Virus record (IMG/VR): IMGVR_UViG_3300032373_000033
Coordinates: 1-44,695 of that record
Direction: 5' to 3' (one strand)
DNA length: 44,695 nucleotides
Source of the DNA: a virus
Taxonomy: Duplodnaviria; Caudoviricetes
In this document: positions 18,203 through 29,300 of the stretch, piece after piece
How positions within the stretch are numbered: position 1 is the first letter of the stretch
How the letters are laid out: the number at the start of each line of letters is the position of its first letter
Translations under genes and position numbers: made by a program
Notes under the pieces: generated by a model
Told to the model about the DNA's origin: nothing
Databases searched by the model: none
The model's input: the letters and a program-made list of their open reading frames with translations, nothing else

Positions 18203-19189
18203 GTGGTTCAAGTTACTTCGCCGTCCCTTCTGGGTCAGGCAAACCTCGCCGGGTCAGACACCGCTCTGTACCTGGATATGTTCTCAGGGGAAGTCCTTAA
18301 GACCTTCCGTGAGAAAAATGTGATGATGGGTCTACACCGCACTAAGACGGTTGGACCCGGCAAGTCATTCCAGTTCCCGGTCATCGGTCAAGCTTCGGCG
18401 TCTTACCACGCTCGCGGCGAAGACATCTTTGATCCGGCGAACAACCTGCTCAACCTGATTGAGCACGGACAACGCACGATTTCCCCGGATAAGCTCCTCC
18501 AAGCCTCGACGACCGTTGATGCTTGGGACGAGAAGATCAATCACTACGAGTACCGTTCTGAGTACGCAGCGCAGCTTGGCGAGTCGATCGCCGAGAAGAT
18601 GGATCGAGACCTGATCCAGCTGATTGCGCTTGCTGCGCGGGATGCTGCTACTCTCAGCTCGACGCAGTCCGCGACTAAAGCGGGCACCGTGATCAGCGCA
18701 GCCGACTGCAACACCGATGCTTCTATCCTAGTTGCCGCGATGGTGGATGCAGCTGTGACGCTGGCGCAGAAAGATGTGCCGATGGATCAGATGGTCTTCC
18801 TCACGCGACCCGCGAACTACTTCGCGATGATTGAGGATGGTGGACTTCTGAACGTTGACTTCGGGAACGCCGGAAACGGCTCTCAGGCCAACGGCGCCAT
18901 TATGAAGGGTTACGGTTTCCGCATCATGTGGTCTAACCATATCCCGTCTACTGTTGTTGCTGCGGATTCTGGTGAACGCAACACGTACTCTGGTGACTTC
19001 CAAGATACCGTTGCTGTTGCCTTTACTCCGGATGCGGTTGGTACGGTGATCCGCCAAGGTATGATGACTGAACAGTCCTACTGGCAGAACTACCAGACGT
19101 GGCTCTTGACGACTAAAGCCGTCGTGGGTCATGGTATCCTTCGCCCTGAGTGCGCTGTTGAGATCGTCGATCCCAACATCACGCCGTAG
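18203..19189 (+). CDS. Major capsid protein (T7 gp10A-like)
   Basis: ALYL..FSGEVL..F, GKSFQFPVIG, GHGILRPECAVEI. Confidence 0.97.
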   Translation: MVQVTSPSLLGQANLAGSDTALYLDMFSGEVLKTFREKNVMMGLHRTKTVGPGKSFQFPVIGQASASYHARGEDIFDPANNLLNLIEHGQRTISPDKLLQASTTVDAWDEKINHYEYRSEYAAQLGESIAEKMDRDLIQLIALAARDAATLSSTQSATKAGTVISAADCNTDASILVAAMVDAAVTLAQKDVPMDQMVFLTRPANYFAMIEDGGLLNVDFGNAGNGSQANGAIMKGYGFRIMWSNHIPSTVVAADSGERNTYSGDFQDTVAVAFTPDAVGTVIRQGMMTEQSYWQNYQTWLLTTKAVVGHGILRPECAVEIVDPNITP

Positions 19190-19220
19190 TAATCCCCTGT
19201 AACCCGCTACCTTGCAGGTT

Positions 19221-19259
19221 GGCCCTGGTCCTCTCAGGAGGGCTGGGGCCTTTTCCTTT
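19221..19259 (+). terminator. Tphi-like terminator after the capsid gene
   Basis: 13-bp stem GGCCCTGGTCCTC/GAGGGCTGGGGCC followed by TTTTCCTTT. Confidence 0.8.
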
Positions 19260-19267
19260 ATTCAAAT

Positions 19268-19885
19268 ATGGCAGTAGCCCGAATCACAAAACTCGACGCC
19301 GTTAATCAGCTGTTGCGCGGAATCGGAAAGGCTCCTGCTAATACCTTGGAAGGTCCTACATCCCGTTGGACTCGACTTGCAGAAGACCAAGTCGATGAGA
19401 CTTCCCGCACAGTACAACTAGAAGGGTGGGGCTTCAACACTCAATACGACTACATCCTCTCCGTCCAAGCAGAGACTGGATTCATCACGGCGCCCCCGAA
19501 TGTAGCCCGGTTCCAAGTAAAGAATGAGCCGTGGATCATCTTGCGGGGCGAGCGCCTCTACGACCGCAAAGAGCAGACTTTCGTATTCGAGCGTGCCGTC
19601 GAGGGTATGGCCCTACTCGTGTTTGAGTTCGATGAGCTGCCTGAGTCCGCTAAAGATTACATCGCAGCTAAGGGCGCTCGTGTCATGTTCGAGACACACG
19701 TGCAGGACCAGGCACCACAGGCTATCACGGAGAAAGAGGTGCGTACCCGCGCAACGCTCACAGATCGTGATACGAACGAAGCCAACTTCTCAATGCTCGA
19801 TGATGAGTACACCTTCCCCCGGCTCTACGGATCCTCGTATGTTCCGGGAAGTCCAGATCTAGGATACCGAGGCGATCGGTTCTAA
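19268..19885 (+). CDS. Tail tubular protein A (T7 gp11-like)
   Basis: LDAVN.LL..IG..P, VQ.EGW.FN, RG.RLYD, F.ELPE....YI. Confidence 0.93.
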   Translation: MAVARITKLDAVNQLLRGIGKAPANTLEGPTSRWTRLAEDQVDETSRTVQLEGWGFNTQYDYILSVQAETGFITAPPNVARFQVKNEPWIILRGERLYDRKEQTFVFERAVEGMALLVFEFDELPESAKDYIAAKGARVMFETHVQDQAPQAITEKEVRTRATLTDRDTNEANFSMLDDEYTFPRLYGSSYVPGSPDLGYRGDRF

Positions 19886-22701
19886 TGGCACTAGCAAGAC
19901 TCAACGTTCCCACCTTCCTCGCTGGGATCTCGCAACAGTCCTCAGCTGTCCGCGAAAGTAACTACATTGTCGAAGCGGAGAACGTTGAGTTCTTGATCTC
20001 TGACGGGGCAACCAAGCGTTTCCCTTCAGAACTGGTAAGCCAAATTACCTCTTTGGATCTAGACGGGTATCGCCTAGAGATACTCGAAAGGGATGAAGAG
20101 GACTACTTGATCTTGATCGGCGATGCTGATATCAAGGTCTACACTACAGACGGAACGGTAGTTCAGGTTCTGGATAGCTCCAACAGTGGCGGTGCGTACG
20201 CTCCGGACTTCAGCTACCTTTCTGGGGTTCTCTATGAGAACACGCAGTCTCGCGCTATCGCAGATGCTCTGTTTGTGTCCAACCGAGGCACGACCGTAAC
20301 CGCTTCGGAGGGCCGCGATTTCCCGTCGTGGGCTCGCCCTACAAGCGGCGACGATCAAGCCAAGGGTGAAGGCGGGATCTTCATCAAACAGGCCACCTAC
20401 AACTTAACGTACACCGTCAAGATCAAAACGGCTTCCATGTCTGAAGCCCAGGAAGTCACCTACACGATTCCTTCAGTTCCCAAGGGGCAAGGCGATAAGT
20501 CCAACCGGACCTTCTCCAGCATCACGGCTGGACAGGCAACGGGAATTGAAGAGTTCCTTCTGGAGAACGCCTCAGGCGGTGGTCGCTTCCAATTCAACTC
20601 CGTAGACGAGCTGGTCTTTGAAGCTGACACGGGCTCGGGGTTTGATGAGATCCAACGTAGTGACTTCGAAGCGGATGAGCTTACAGGCTCCTTCGTCTAC
20701 CGCGGCGATCAGCTCACGGTCGGTGACGATGTGCGGGTCCGGCGCGAGCTTGACCGGGAAGACTTCGTTACAGGTGACTCCAAGGAACCAATCAACATCT
20801 ACGCGCGTACTGATAACGTCGCAACGCTTCTAGCTGAGAGGCTCTCAGAGCGCTTCGACGGTAACGGTACCCCGCTCGTGGAGATCGAGAGGAACCGCCG
20901 TGATCCCAGTATCCGTGTGTCCTTTGATGAACCGCTGGAGATCCTGGAAGTCCGCGACAGCCAGGCGTCTACCTTCATCTCAGGGTGGACGAACGACGTT
21001 GAGAACATTGTAGACCTCCCTCTACAGTTCAGGCACGGTGCTCTCGTTCGTATTACGGGCGAGAACAACGACTCAATCGACGACTACTACGTTGAATTCG
21101 CGACGGAAGAGTGGAGCCGAGAGACGGATAGAGATTTTGACCAGTTTGACGCCTACACGGCTTTCGGGCAAGGTCAATGGATCGAGTGTCAAAAGAGGGG
21201 AGAAGCCGACGGCACGCTCGATGTTGACACGATGCCCCACAGACTCCAGAGAGCAGTTGATGACGGCGCGGGCACAATCACAGGAACTCCGGACGAGATC
21301 TACTTCGACTGGCAGCCGTTCAACTACAGCATCCGCCCCGTTGGTGATACCGAATCGAATGTCGTCCCGAGCTTCGTCAACTCAACGATTAACGACATCA
21401 CGTTCCACGACAACCGATTGACCTTCGTGACCGACTCAGCAGTCGTGTTTGCAGAGGCTGGAGTTCCAGAGAACTTCTGGCGCTCGACGATTCAATCAGT
21501 TCCGCAATCAGATCCGATTGATGTGGACGTGATCGGACTCGATGGTGATACAGTACTGCACGCAGTTCCGTTCGACCGACAGCTTTACTTGTGGGGCAAG
21601 AACACGCAAGCTGTTGTATTCGCTAGAGACTTCCTGTCTCCGCAGACAATCGAGGCACCCCAGATTGGTAGCTTCCGTTGTTTCCGTGACGTGAAGCCGG
21701 TCAACCAGGGCCGCTCTGTGTTCTTCGGCGCAAGCACGGGAAACTTCTCGGTGATCCGTGAGTTCGTTCCGGGTACCGACTCGGAGACCTTCGCCGATCA
21801 GGACATCACGATTGCCACGCCACGTTTGATCCCTTCGGATGTCCGCAGGATCGTAACAGGTGGTTCAGAGCAGTCTATCTTTGCCCTTGGATCTCCTGCG
21901 GATACCTTGTACGTCTACAAGTACACGCGGCTTTCAGGTAATCTCCTCCAAAGCGCCTGGTCAACCTTCAGATTCCCCGGAGCTACTATCGTCGATATCG
22001 GGTTTGTCGAAGATGAGTTGTTCATCGTGAGTACTCGGAACGGTAATACGCATATCGAGAAGCTGTTTGTGGGTCCGGGAAAGACAGATCTAGGCGATTC
22101 ATTCGCAGTGCGTCTCGATGGCTTTCTGACAGCCACTGGGACTTACGACAGGGCATTGGATCAGACCCTGATCAGCATGCCTATCGAGGTGTACGAGGAC
22201 GACAATTGGAGTGCTGTTTCAGATGGCACCGGAGAGATTCCGTACGGCTCTGAACTCGCGGTCACGGTTGACGAGATCAACGACCGACTGGAGATCGTAG
22301 GCGACGTATCTGGCGAGTCTTTCATTGTGGGTAGAACGTATAACGCTTCAATGACTCTGACTCGCCCTCACGTCCGCACTGAGTCTAACGAGGGCTCTGG
22401 TCCGCTACTGGGCGCCCACACGTCTATTGAGAGCCTGATTCTGTACCTGGTAGAGACGGGGTACCTTCGGGCTACCGTGACCTCTGTTGACTCTGATGAG
22501 GCCGTAGAGGAGTTCTTGGGCGATCAGCTCAGTGTCGGGAAGATCGACGATGCTGTGGTGCGCGACGGTGAGATGGACATCGCTGTTATGTCGGACCCGG
22601 AAGAAACCCGGATCACCCTCGAAAACGATACAGCACTTCCTTCAACGATTACATCGGGCTCATGGGGTCTGAGGTACAGCCGCCGTCAACCCAGGAGTTA
22701 G
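19885..22701 (+). CDS. Tail tubular protein B (T7 gp12-like)
   Basis: GISQQ, DDYYV.F, TMPH.L.R, GD..SN..PSFV, F..NRL, QSAWS. Confidence 0.93.
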   Translation: MALARLNVPTFLAGISQQSSAVRESNYIVEAENVEFLISDGATKRFPSELVSQITSLDLDGYRLEILERDEEDYLILIGDADIKVYTTDGTVVQVLDSSNSGGAYAPDFSYLSGVLYENTQSRAIADALFVSNRGTTVTASEGRDFPSWARPTSGDDQAKGEGGIFIKQATYNLTYTVKIKTASMSEAQEVTYTIPSVPKGQGDKSNRTFSSITAGQATGIEEFLLENASGGGRFQFNSVDELVFEADTGSGFDEIQRSDFEADELTGSFVYRGDQLTVGDDVRVRRELDREDFVTGDSKEPINIYARTDNVATLLAERLSERFDGNGTPLVEIERNRRDPSIRVSFDEPLEILEVRDSQASTFISGWTNDVENIVDLPLQFRHGALVRITGENNDSIDDYYVEFATEEWSRETDRDFDQFDAYTAFGQGQWIECQKRGEADGTLDVDTMPHRLQRAVDDGAGTITGTPDEIYFDWQPFNYSIRPVGDTESNVVPSFVNSTINDITFHDNRLTFVTDSAVVFAEAGVPENFWRSTIQSVPQSDPIDVDVIGLDGDTVLHAVPFDRQLYLWGKNTQAVVFARDFLSPQTIEAPQIGSFRCFRDVKPVNQGRSVFFGASTGNFSVIREFVPGTDSETFADQDITIATPRLIPSDVRRIVTGGSEQSIFALGSPADTLYVYKYTRLSGNLLQSAWSTFRFPGATIVDIGFVEDELFIVSTRNGNTHIEKLFVGPGKTDLGDSFAVRLDGFLTATGTYDRALDQTLISMPIEVYEDDNWSAVSDGTGEIPYGSELAVTVDEINDRLEIVGDVSGESFIVGRTYNASMTLTRPHVRTESNEGSGPLLGAHTSIESLILYLVETGYLRATVTSVDSDEAVEEFLGDQLSVGKIDDAVVRDGEMDIAVMSDPEETRITLENDTALPSTITSGSWGLRYSRRQPRS

Positions 22702-23208
22702 ATGGACACTACACTAGAACTACAACGATCAGACGATCTCATTGTGGAGCTGGCGCATCCCGACGACGGGTACGCGCTCGTGGGTGGTCTGCGGAGCGAG
22801 GATATCATTGAAGCCCGCGCGATGCTCGGGGATGCTGTCGATATCGGTAACCTTCTGCGCGCTACGATCGAGACCTCGCACGAGGCGTTCAGTTTGATTA
22901 CAGAGAACAGGGTAATCCACGCCCTGTGGGGCCACGGAAAGTGTACTGAAGAGACAGAGCAACGAAAAGGGTGGGTCTGGTTTGTATCCACTCCGGATCT
23001 GTTCAGAACACACAGTCTCACTATGTGCCGCTTCGCTAACAAGGTTTTGTTTCCCCAGTTCGATGAGATATACGATGCGTACGGCAACTGGGTCCACGCC
23101 GATAACAGCAAACACTTAAGATTCCTGTCGGCGTGCGGATTCAACGCGAAGGCCAAGAAGACCTTTCCGACTGGTAAAGATTTCGTTTACATGGAGCGGA
23201 GTAACTAG
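22702..23208 (+). CDS. gp13-like protein (GNAT-like fold)
   Basis: Position; LR..D..E, N.VHADN..HLRFL...GF. Confidence 0.8.
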   Translation: MDTTLELQRSDDLIVELAHPDDGYALVGGLRSEDIIEARAMLGDAVDIGNLLRATIETSHEAFSLITENRVIHALWGHGKCTEETEQRKGWVWFVSTPDLFRTHSLTMCRFANKVLFPQFDEIYDAYGNWVHADNSKHLRFLSACGFNAKAKKTFPTGKDFVYMERSN

Positions 23209-23209
23209 A

Positions 23210-23755
23210 ATGTGTTACGCATGGATCGGCTACGCTGTTGGTTCCGTGGTCAATATCGGCACGGAGTACTACAACTACGAAGCCCAGAAAAAGCAAGTAG
23301 AGGCGGAAAAGACTCGGCGCGAGAAGTACTCCCGCGACGTAGCCAAGCTGGCCGCAAGAGACGCCGTTAATCAGTTCTCCCAGCTGGCCGTCAGAACTCA
23401 ACAAGAACGGCTCCGCGGAGCACAGTTGATTAACGACGTGAAGCAAGAGGCGCAGAGCCGTATCGGTATCACCAAAGCTTCCGCAGGTTCAAGTGGCGTC
23501 GAGGGTTCATCCATCAATGCGCTGCTATCCGACTTCGCGAAACAAGAGATCGCGCAGATCGAGATTATCGAAAGAGACGTTGCCCAGCAAGAGGCGGTCA
23601 TTGAAGGCGAGAAGGACGTAGTAGAGGCGGAGAGCGCCCAGAGAATCTTCAACTCCTTTGGAGAGCCGCTCCAAGCCCCCGATCTCTGGGGCTCTATCCT
23701 CAACATCTTCGCCAGCGAGAGCAGCACAGCCACCCAACTACTGTCTGGATTCTAA
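23210..23755 (+). CDS. Internal virion protein (T7 gp14-like)
   Basis: Starts MC; ASAGSSGVEGSSINALL motif; position. Confidence 0.8.
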   Translation: MCYAWIGYAVGSVVNIGTEYYNYEAQKKQVEAEKTRREKYSRDVAKLAARDAVNQFSQLAVRTQQERLRGAQLINDVKQEAQSRIGITKASAGSSGVEGSSINALLSDFAKQEIAQIEIIERDVAQQEAVIEGEKDVVEAESAQRIFNSFGEPLQAPDLWGSILNIFASESSTATQLLSGF

Positions 23756-23757
23756 GA

Positions 23758-26334
23758 ATGGCACGAATGACTCCTAGGTCATCCCGTCTCGGGATGATTG
23801 CCTCGACCCCTTCCGCTCGCCGCAACAGCACCTTTGCAGTGAAGCGTCCTCCCCAAGCTCTCCCCTTCCAAAAGCCCTTCAGTAACGAAGTCCGACGGAA
23901 CCTGATTGGGTCCTTTAACAACCTCTCGCGAACGCTACAACAGCGCCAGCGTGAGCAGAGTTCAGAGGATGAGTCGTACTACGCAGAGATTGCCAAGGCG
24001 GTGTCAAGCGGAAGGGACAAAGGTAAGAGTGATTCTGACATCTTCAAGAGTCTCTCGGAGTCCGATAAGTCTCCCCGCCGGGTTCGTTCTCTTCTTAACA
24101 AGCTGTACACAGAAGAGAACGGATTCACCAAAGCTGATAACCCTGTGTTCCAGTTCACGCTCCAATCAATCCGGGGTGAACAGGCAGCCGCCGAGTTGGG
24201 TCGAATTGGCACGGATCAAATCCAGGAAGCAGCTGAACGGGTAGCCGCCCGGCGTCCCGAAGAGCGAGCGGCTGCGGCTAACGAAGAGCTTCTCCAGCTG
24301 CGAAAGGAGAATGAAGACCTGTTCGATATCGAAGCGCTTGGAATTTTCGGCGTCAACGCAGCAGAAGAGAATCTACAGCGGGTAGGCGAAAGCTATATCG
24401 ACGAGGTCTTTAAGCGAGCAGCTGAGATTCAGGTAGCCGAGGCTGAGACCGCGATCACCGCCAAAATGATTACGGCTGTCGCTCCGGTTGTCCAAGCCTT
24501 CGCGACCTTAGACGGCGGAGACGACGTTCAAGCCTACCAAAGCGCCGCAACCGCACTTGGTCTGGTCATTGATCAGGCTAAGATCGGCGGAGTCCTAACT
24601 TCAGAGCAGAGCGTATTGCAGGTACGCAAAGCTATCGGTGAGCTTGTCACTGAGATTGGACCCGAGAAAGGCGCAGATTTCCTTGAATACGCAGCCGACA
24701 ATGTGAAGAACGGCGCGGGTGTCAAGGTGCTCCAGGACAGCCTGGAACTCCAAGGCTACATCGACTCGCTACAAGCCGCCGCCGCTCAGGATGGACAGCA
24801 AAAGTTCTTTAGGATCCAGCAGGAGCGAGCCAGGGTTGGAGACGCTATCCTGCGCTCGAACGTCTGGACGCAGATGCAAGAGGCTGCGAGTAGCGGGAAT
24901 CTCGCTACACTGAACAGTGTCTTAACCAATGCAGAAGGAATCATCCGCTCAGGCGATCTTGAGGCTTTCGAAGAGCTTGGACTCGTTCTGTCTGAGGACG
25001 ACATCAACTACGCGCTAGAGGCGCTCCAGGATGAGCGCGCTCGCCTCTCTCGCACCGCAGCAGCTTCTTCCGAAGCAGAGATGCAGGGGTTCAGGGACAC
25101 ACTCTCAGACGTTCTGTGGGAAGAGGGGATCCTAGAAGCCCGTAAAGCTCTAGACATGTCTCTCGATGTCAACGGTACACAGCGCGGAGAGCTAGTCGAG
25201 TTCATCAATGGGTTTCCGCAGGACGACACGATTCGTCAGGCTTACCGGACGCTCATTCAGGAAGGCGGTTTGAACGCACGGCTTATCAAGCTGGCAGAGC
25301 GTACTACGCCTACCGTGGATGGCGCCGAAGGTCCGTCACAGCGACACGTAGAGAAGCGGGAGTCTGAGCTTCGTCGCGAGCTTCGGCGGGAGTTGAGATC
25401 GAATGGAGAGCTAATGCAGACCATTCTTGAAGAGGGACCAATGGCCGCTGAAGAGCTTCTGGAAGACTTCCAAGAGCGCGTTCTAAAGCGGGACGGCGAC
25501 TACTTCTCCGTTAATGGAGATGCGCCCGATGACATCGGAAAACTTCTAGGAACCGCTGACACCATGTCAGCCCAGGAAGAGATCAAAGCTCTTAATAGGC
25601 TCGTCCCTCAGCGTGAATCTGCCGTGGGTCCCTACTCAAACCCTGAAATCCTTGTGGGCGGCGTGAAGGCCGACGCGGCTCCTAGCTCGATCCGTAGGCT
25701 CCACGACTTCACTACGCGTAAAGCTAAGAGCGCTGAGATCCTCTACCAGATTGATCCCGAGGCTGAGCGCTTCGATCTTGCTAGTGGTTCTAACTACGTC
25801 TATGTGCCTCCCGAAGAGATCTCCGGACCCAACAACCCCGGAGTAGGCGTGAACAGGCTAATCAAAGCCCTCGACCGTGTTAACCGCGACACGACCCTAG
25901 AAGACCACGTGAAAGACGCGGCGTTCTCGGAGTCTCTCGGCTTCTCAGGAATGCTGTCGTCCACTTCACAGCGGCTTCTCGAAGCGGGCAACGTAGAAAG
26001 CGCGCTGACGCATATCTCCAAATCCCTCACTGATAACGAAGACCGGCAAACAGCGATTCAAACCGCGTTGCTTCCTGTGCTCTCTGGGCGCGACTTTGAC
26101 TTTGGAGAGATGAACCCGTATTCGATCCGCTCTTCAGTTCTTCAAGACGCTGCCAGAATGACCAAGCCGGACAAATTCGAAAGGCCCCAAGCTACAGAGT
26201 TTCTGACTGAAGAGGCAATCAACGAGTCTAAGCTGATCCTTCAGAGAGGCGGGATCGAACCGACGATGCACAATGTTTTGGATCTTCTAGACGCTCAAGC
26301 TGAACTCTGGGCGCGCGTAAACACAAACCGATAA
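23758..26334 (+). CDS. Internal virion protein (T7 gp15-like position)
   Basis: 858-aa helical ORF assigned by synteny only. Confidence 0.7.
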   Translation: MARMTPRSSRLGMIASTPSARRNSTFAVKRPPQALPFQKPFSNEVRRNLIGSFNNLSRTLQQRQREQSSEDESYYAEIAKAVSSGRDKGKSDSDIFKSLSESDKSPRRVRSLLNKLYTEENGFTKADNPVFQFTLQSIRGEQAAAELGRIGTDQIQEAAERVAARRPEERAAAANEELLQLRKENEDLFDIEALGIFGVNAAEENLQRVGESYIDEVFKRAAEIQVAEAETAITAKMITAVAPVVQAFATLDGGDDVQAYQSAATALGLVIDQAKIGGVLTSEQSVLQVRKAIGELVTEIGPEKGADFLEYAADNVKNGAGVKVLQDSLELQGYIDSLQAAAAQDGQQKFFRIQQERARVGDAILRSNVWTQMQEAASSGNLATLNSVLTNAEGIIRSGDLEAFEELGLVLSEDDINYALEALQDERARLSRTAAASSEAEMQGFRDTLSDVLWEEGILEARKALDMSLDVNGTQRGELVEFINGFPQDDTIRQAYRTLIQEGGLNARLIKLAERTTPTVDGAEGPSQRHVEKRESELRRELRRELRSNGELMQTILEEGPMAAEELLEDFQERVLKRDGDYFSVNGDAPDDIGKLLGTADTMSAQEEIKALNRLVPQRESAVGPYSNPEILVGGVKADAAPSSIRRLHDFTTRKAKSAEILYQIDPEAERFDLASGSNYVYVPPEEISGPNNPGVGVNRLIKALDRVNRDTTLEDHVKDAAFSESLGFSGMLSSTSQRLLEAGNVESALTHISKSLTDNEDRQTAIQTALLPVLSGRDFDFGEMNPYSIRSSVLQDAARMTKPDKFERPQATEFLTEEAINESKLILQRGGIEPTMHNVLDLLDAQAELWARVNTNR

Positions 26335-26335
26335 T

Positions 26336-29300
26336 ATGATCAGTAGAGCACAAAGGTACGCGATGCAGACGCCGGGCTATACCGACCGGCAAGATACGAA
26401 CATCGCGCAGGACCTAATCCGCGGTCTGGGTTATGGCACCACGGAATCTCTTCGATCCGTTTACGGGCTCGTGGACTACATTGACGACAACACGAGTATT
26501 AATATTCTTCCCAGCTGGGATAAGCCCTTAGTCTCAAAGCCCGACAGCTTCACAGGTAACCTGGTCGGTGGCGCTACTCAGTTTCTTCTTCCCTTCGGAG
26601 CTATCGGAAAAGTTTCGGGAGCCGTAGGTGCAGCGCTACAAAGCAACAGGATTCTAGCGCCCGCGGGTAAGTCACTTAGCTGGTTCTCGGGTAAAAGCTT
26701 CACCAGTGCGGCAGATGCAGCCGACAAGGCGATCAAAGCTGGCAAGGGTTCCCAAGCTTTCACGCGCGCTATCCTCGCCGGTAAGGCTGTATCTTCCGGA
26801 GCCGCCAGGGGCGCTGTAACGGACTTCATCGCATTTGAGGGTGCGAGTACGCGATTGTCAGATATCGTCCAGGGGAACCCCACCCTGGCTAACCCTCTGA
26901 CTGCCTGGCTGTCTTCCGACGAAACCGACGGTGAACTAGAAGGGCGCTTCAAGAACCTACTTGAAGGCGCATTCCTGGGCGGGGCCTTTGACATGATGTT
27001 TGCTTGGCGACGTGGCTTCAAAGCCTCAAACGCCGTCAAGGCTTCTGGTGGCGATGAAGCAGCGCAAGCTACAGCATTCGCGGATGCGGCAGACACAGGT
27101 TTGCGCGAGCGCGCAGATCTAGCTCGGGTTGAACGCGATTCGCAGATGAAGCTCGAAGAGGGTCTTGAGGTCTCGTTGCCGCAAAGAGACGGCGAAGACG
27201 TTATCCTTACCGGGAAGCAACAGGAAAAGGCAGCGCGAGAGACGGCACAAGAGCTTGTCGAAGCCGCTGCTGAGGACGTTGAGCTACAGATCAAGGGACT
27301 CCCGGCGGGTCTCGCGAAGCGGGTTAAAGCGGCGACGAAGCGGGCAAAAGATGAGCTGGATGACGCTACCAGGATTCAAACAGCTTTCGACGGACTCGAA
27401 GGTGCTACAAACATCAAACGAAAGCCCGTCGGTAAGCTCGCTGATAACCTCAGTATGCTCCAAGACGAGCAGGGTCTAAGCCGCCTTATGCGGGCTATCG
27501 AGGAGGCCGATGTTGACAGTTTCGTTAAGGACAAGACGACTAACGACAGCATCACCGCAGATGCTCTGAGTGAGCTTCAAGATCTGGTTGGGCTCTCCAG
27601 CTCTGAAAAGCGAGAGGGAGCTATGTTGTTCTCGCGGGCTGATGCAGCAGAAGTACGCAAGTTCACTGTTCGCGCGCGAGCCGCACGTGTAGTGTCAATC
27701 GCAGTCTTCGACGACCTCGCACCGCTGTTCAAAGAGCTTACTGGGCGCGAAGCCCTCAACGTCGATCACGCCCGGCTGATCTCAAGTCGCATGCGCGGCG
27801 TTAAGCGTCTCATTGAGTATCCGCGAGAAATCTACTCAGAGTTCGGGCGGGGCCTACAGAGCGCTTCAGCTTCAATTGATCCCAAAGCGGTCAAGGGGCA
27901 GATTGAGAACTCGTTCACGTTCGGACCTCTGGAGATCTTGGACGATCTCACCAGGGAGTTTGACGAAGGTTCGTTCCGCGGGATCCTAGACGATCTCCAT
28001 AAACTCACGCAGTCCCCGGATGCAATTGAGAACATTCGTGCAATCAAGAAATGGACGGAAGCCTCAGCCACCCGCAAGTTTCAGGATGGAGCTGTCGAGT
28101 ACTACATCAACTCGCTACTCTCCGGTCCGACCACGCACGCCGTTAACACAATGAGCGGTATCGCGATGTCATTCTTCAGACCGCTGGAGAACATGATCGC
28201 AGGAGCTGTGAGTTCGCTGTCACGGGATGATGCGCTTAAACAGGCCGGTAGGTCTTTGTGGCGTACCGAGGCAGGAACGGTGATGAACCTTCTGTCTGAT
28301 ATGACCGAAGCGCGTTCAATGTTCAAAATGAACGGTGCAGACGCTTTCGTCAAAACCACCAAGTTCGACGGAGGGTCCTTCTCTCCGTTGAAGCAAGCGG
28401 CGCAAGGGAAGAATAAACTGTTCAGCCACGCTGCGGATGTTGTCAGTCTCCCCTCTCGTCTTCTAGGGGCTGAAGACAAGTTCATTAAGTCCTTGAATGG
28501 TCGCTCGCAGTTCCGCGCTGTAGCGAAAGAAAAGCTGGCGCAGTCCGGCGTGGACGTGAGAGAACTCGACGGGATTGTCAACGATATGCTCGACTCCGCG
28601 ATGGACTCAAGGGGTCGCATTCGGGAGCACACGGAGATCGCTCGCGCTATTCGCAAAGCAGCCGATGAGGGAGGTAGCGACCTTACGCCGCTTCTCGAAG
28701 GGCGCGCACGGGAGCTTCTTAAGTTTGACGACGAACAGTTAGAGATTCTGTTGGAAGCCAACGACGCCGCGATCACGCGTGGCGCCGAAGCCACTTTCAC
28801 CACTGAGCTTAGCGATTCAATCTTCGGAACCACAGGAAAGGCGATCCAGACGGTTGCGGAGAAACATCCCGCAATCAAGTTCTTTCTACCTTTCGTCAGG
28901 ACTCCGGTTAACATCGCGGAGTTCGGCTGGGATAGATCAATCGGTGCCGTGCTCGGTTCCTCAATGGAGTTGATTCGACAGAGTTCAAAACTGATTCCAG
29001 GTGTAAACTGGAAGCTGACTGAGCGGTCTATAACCAAGCTGCAAAGGGAGCTTGCCAGCCCCGACAACGCTGTACGCGCTCACGCCAGGCTGCGCATGAC
29101 TTACGGTCTAGTTACCGTCGGTACCATCATGCACTCCGTTATGAACACGGATGAAACAGACAGGCCGCGTATCACCGGGTCAGGTCCGAGTAACCCGGCT
29201 GTCCGAAAGTCTCTAGAGCTTACCGGCTGGCAACCGAACTCGATCCTAATCAGAGGTAAGTACGTTTCGTACTCACGTCTAGATCCCTTCGCTTCGATCC

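Noticed and set aside
19150-19200. gp10B-type frameshift extension of the capsid
   Set aside because: No evident slippery site; tandem stops and a terminator follow immediately.
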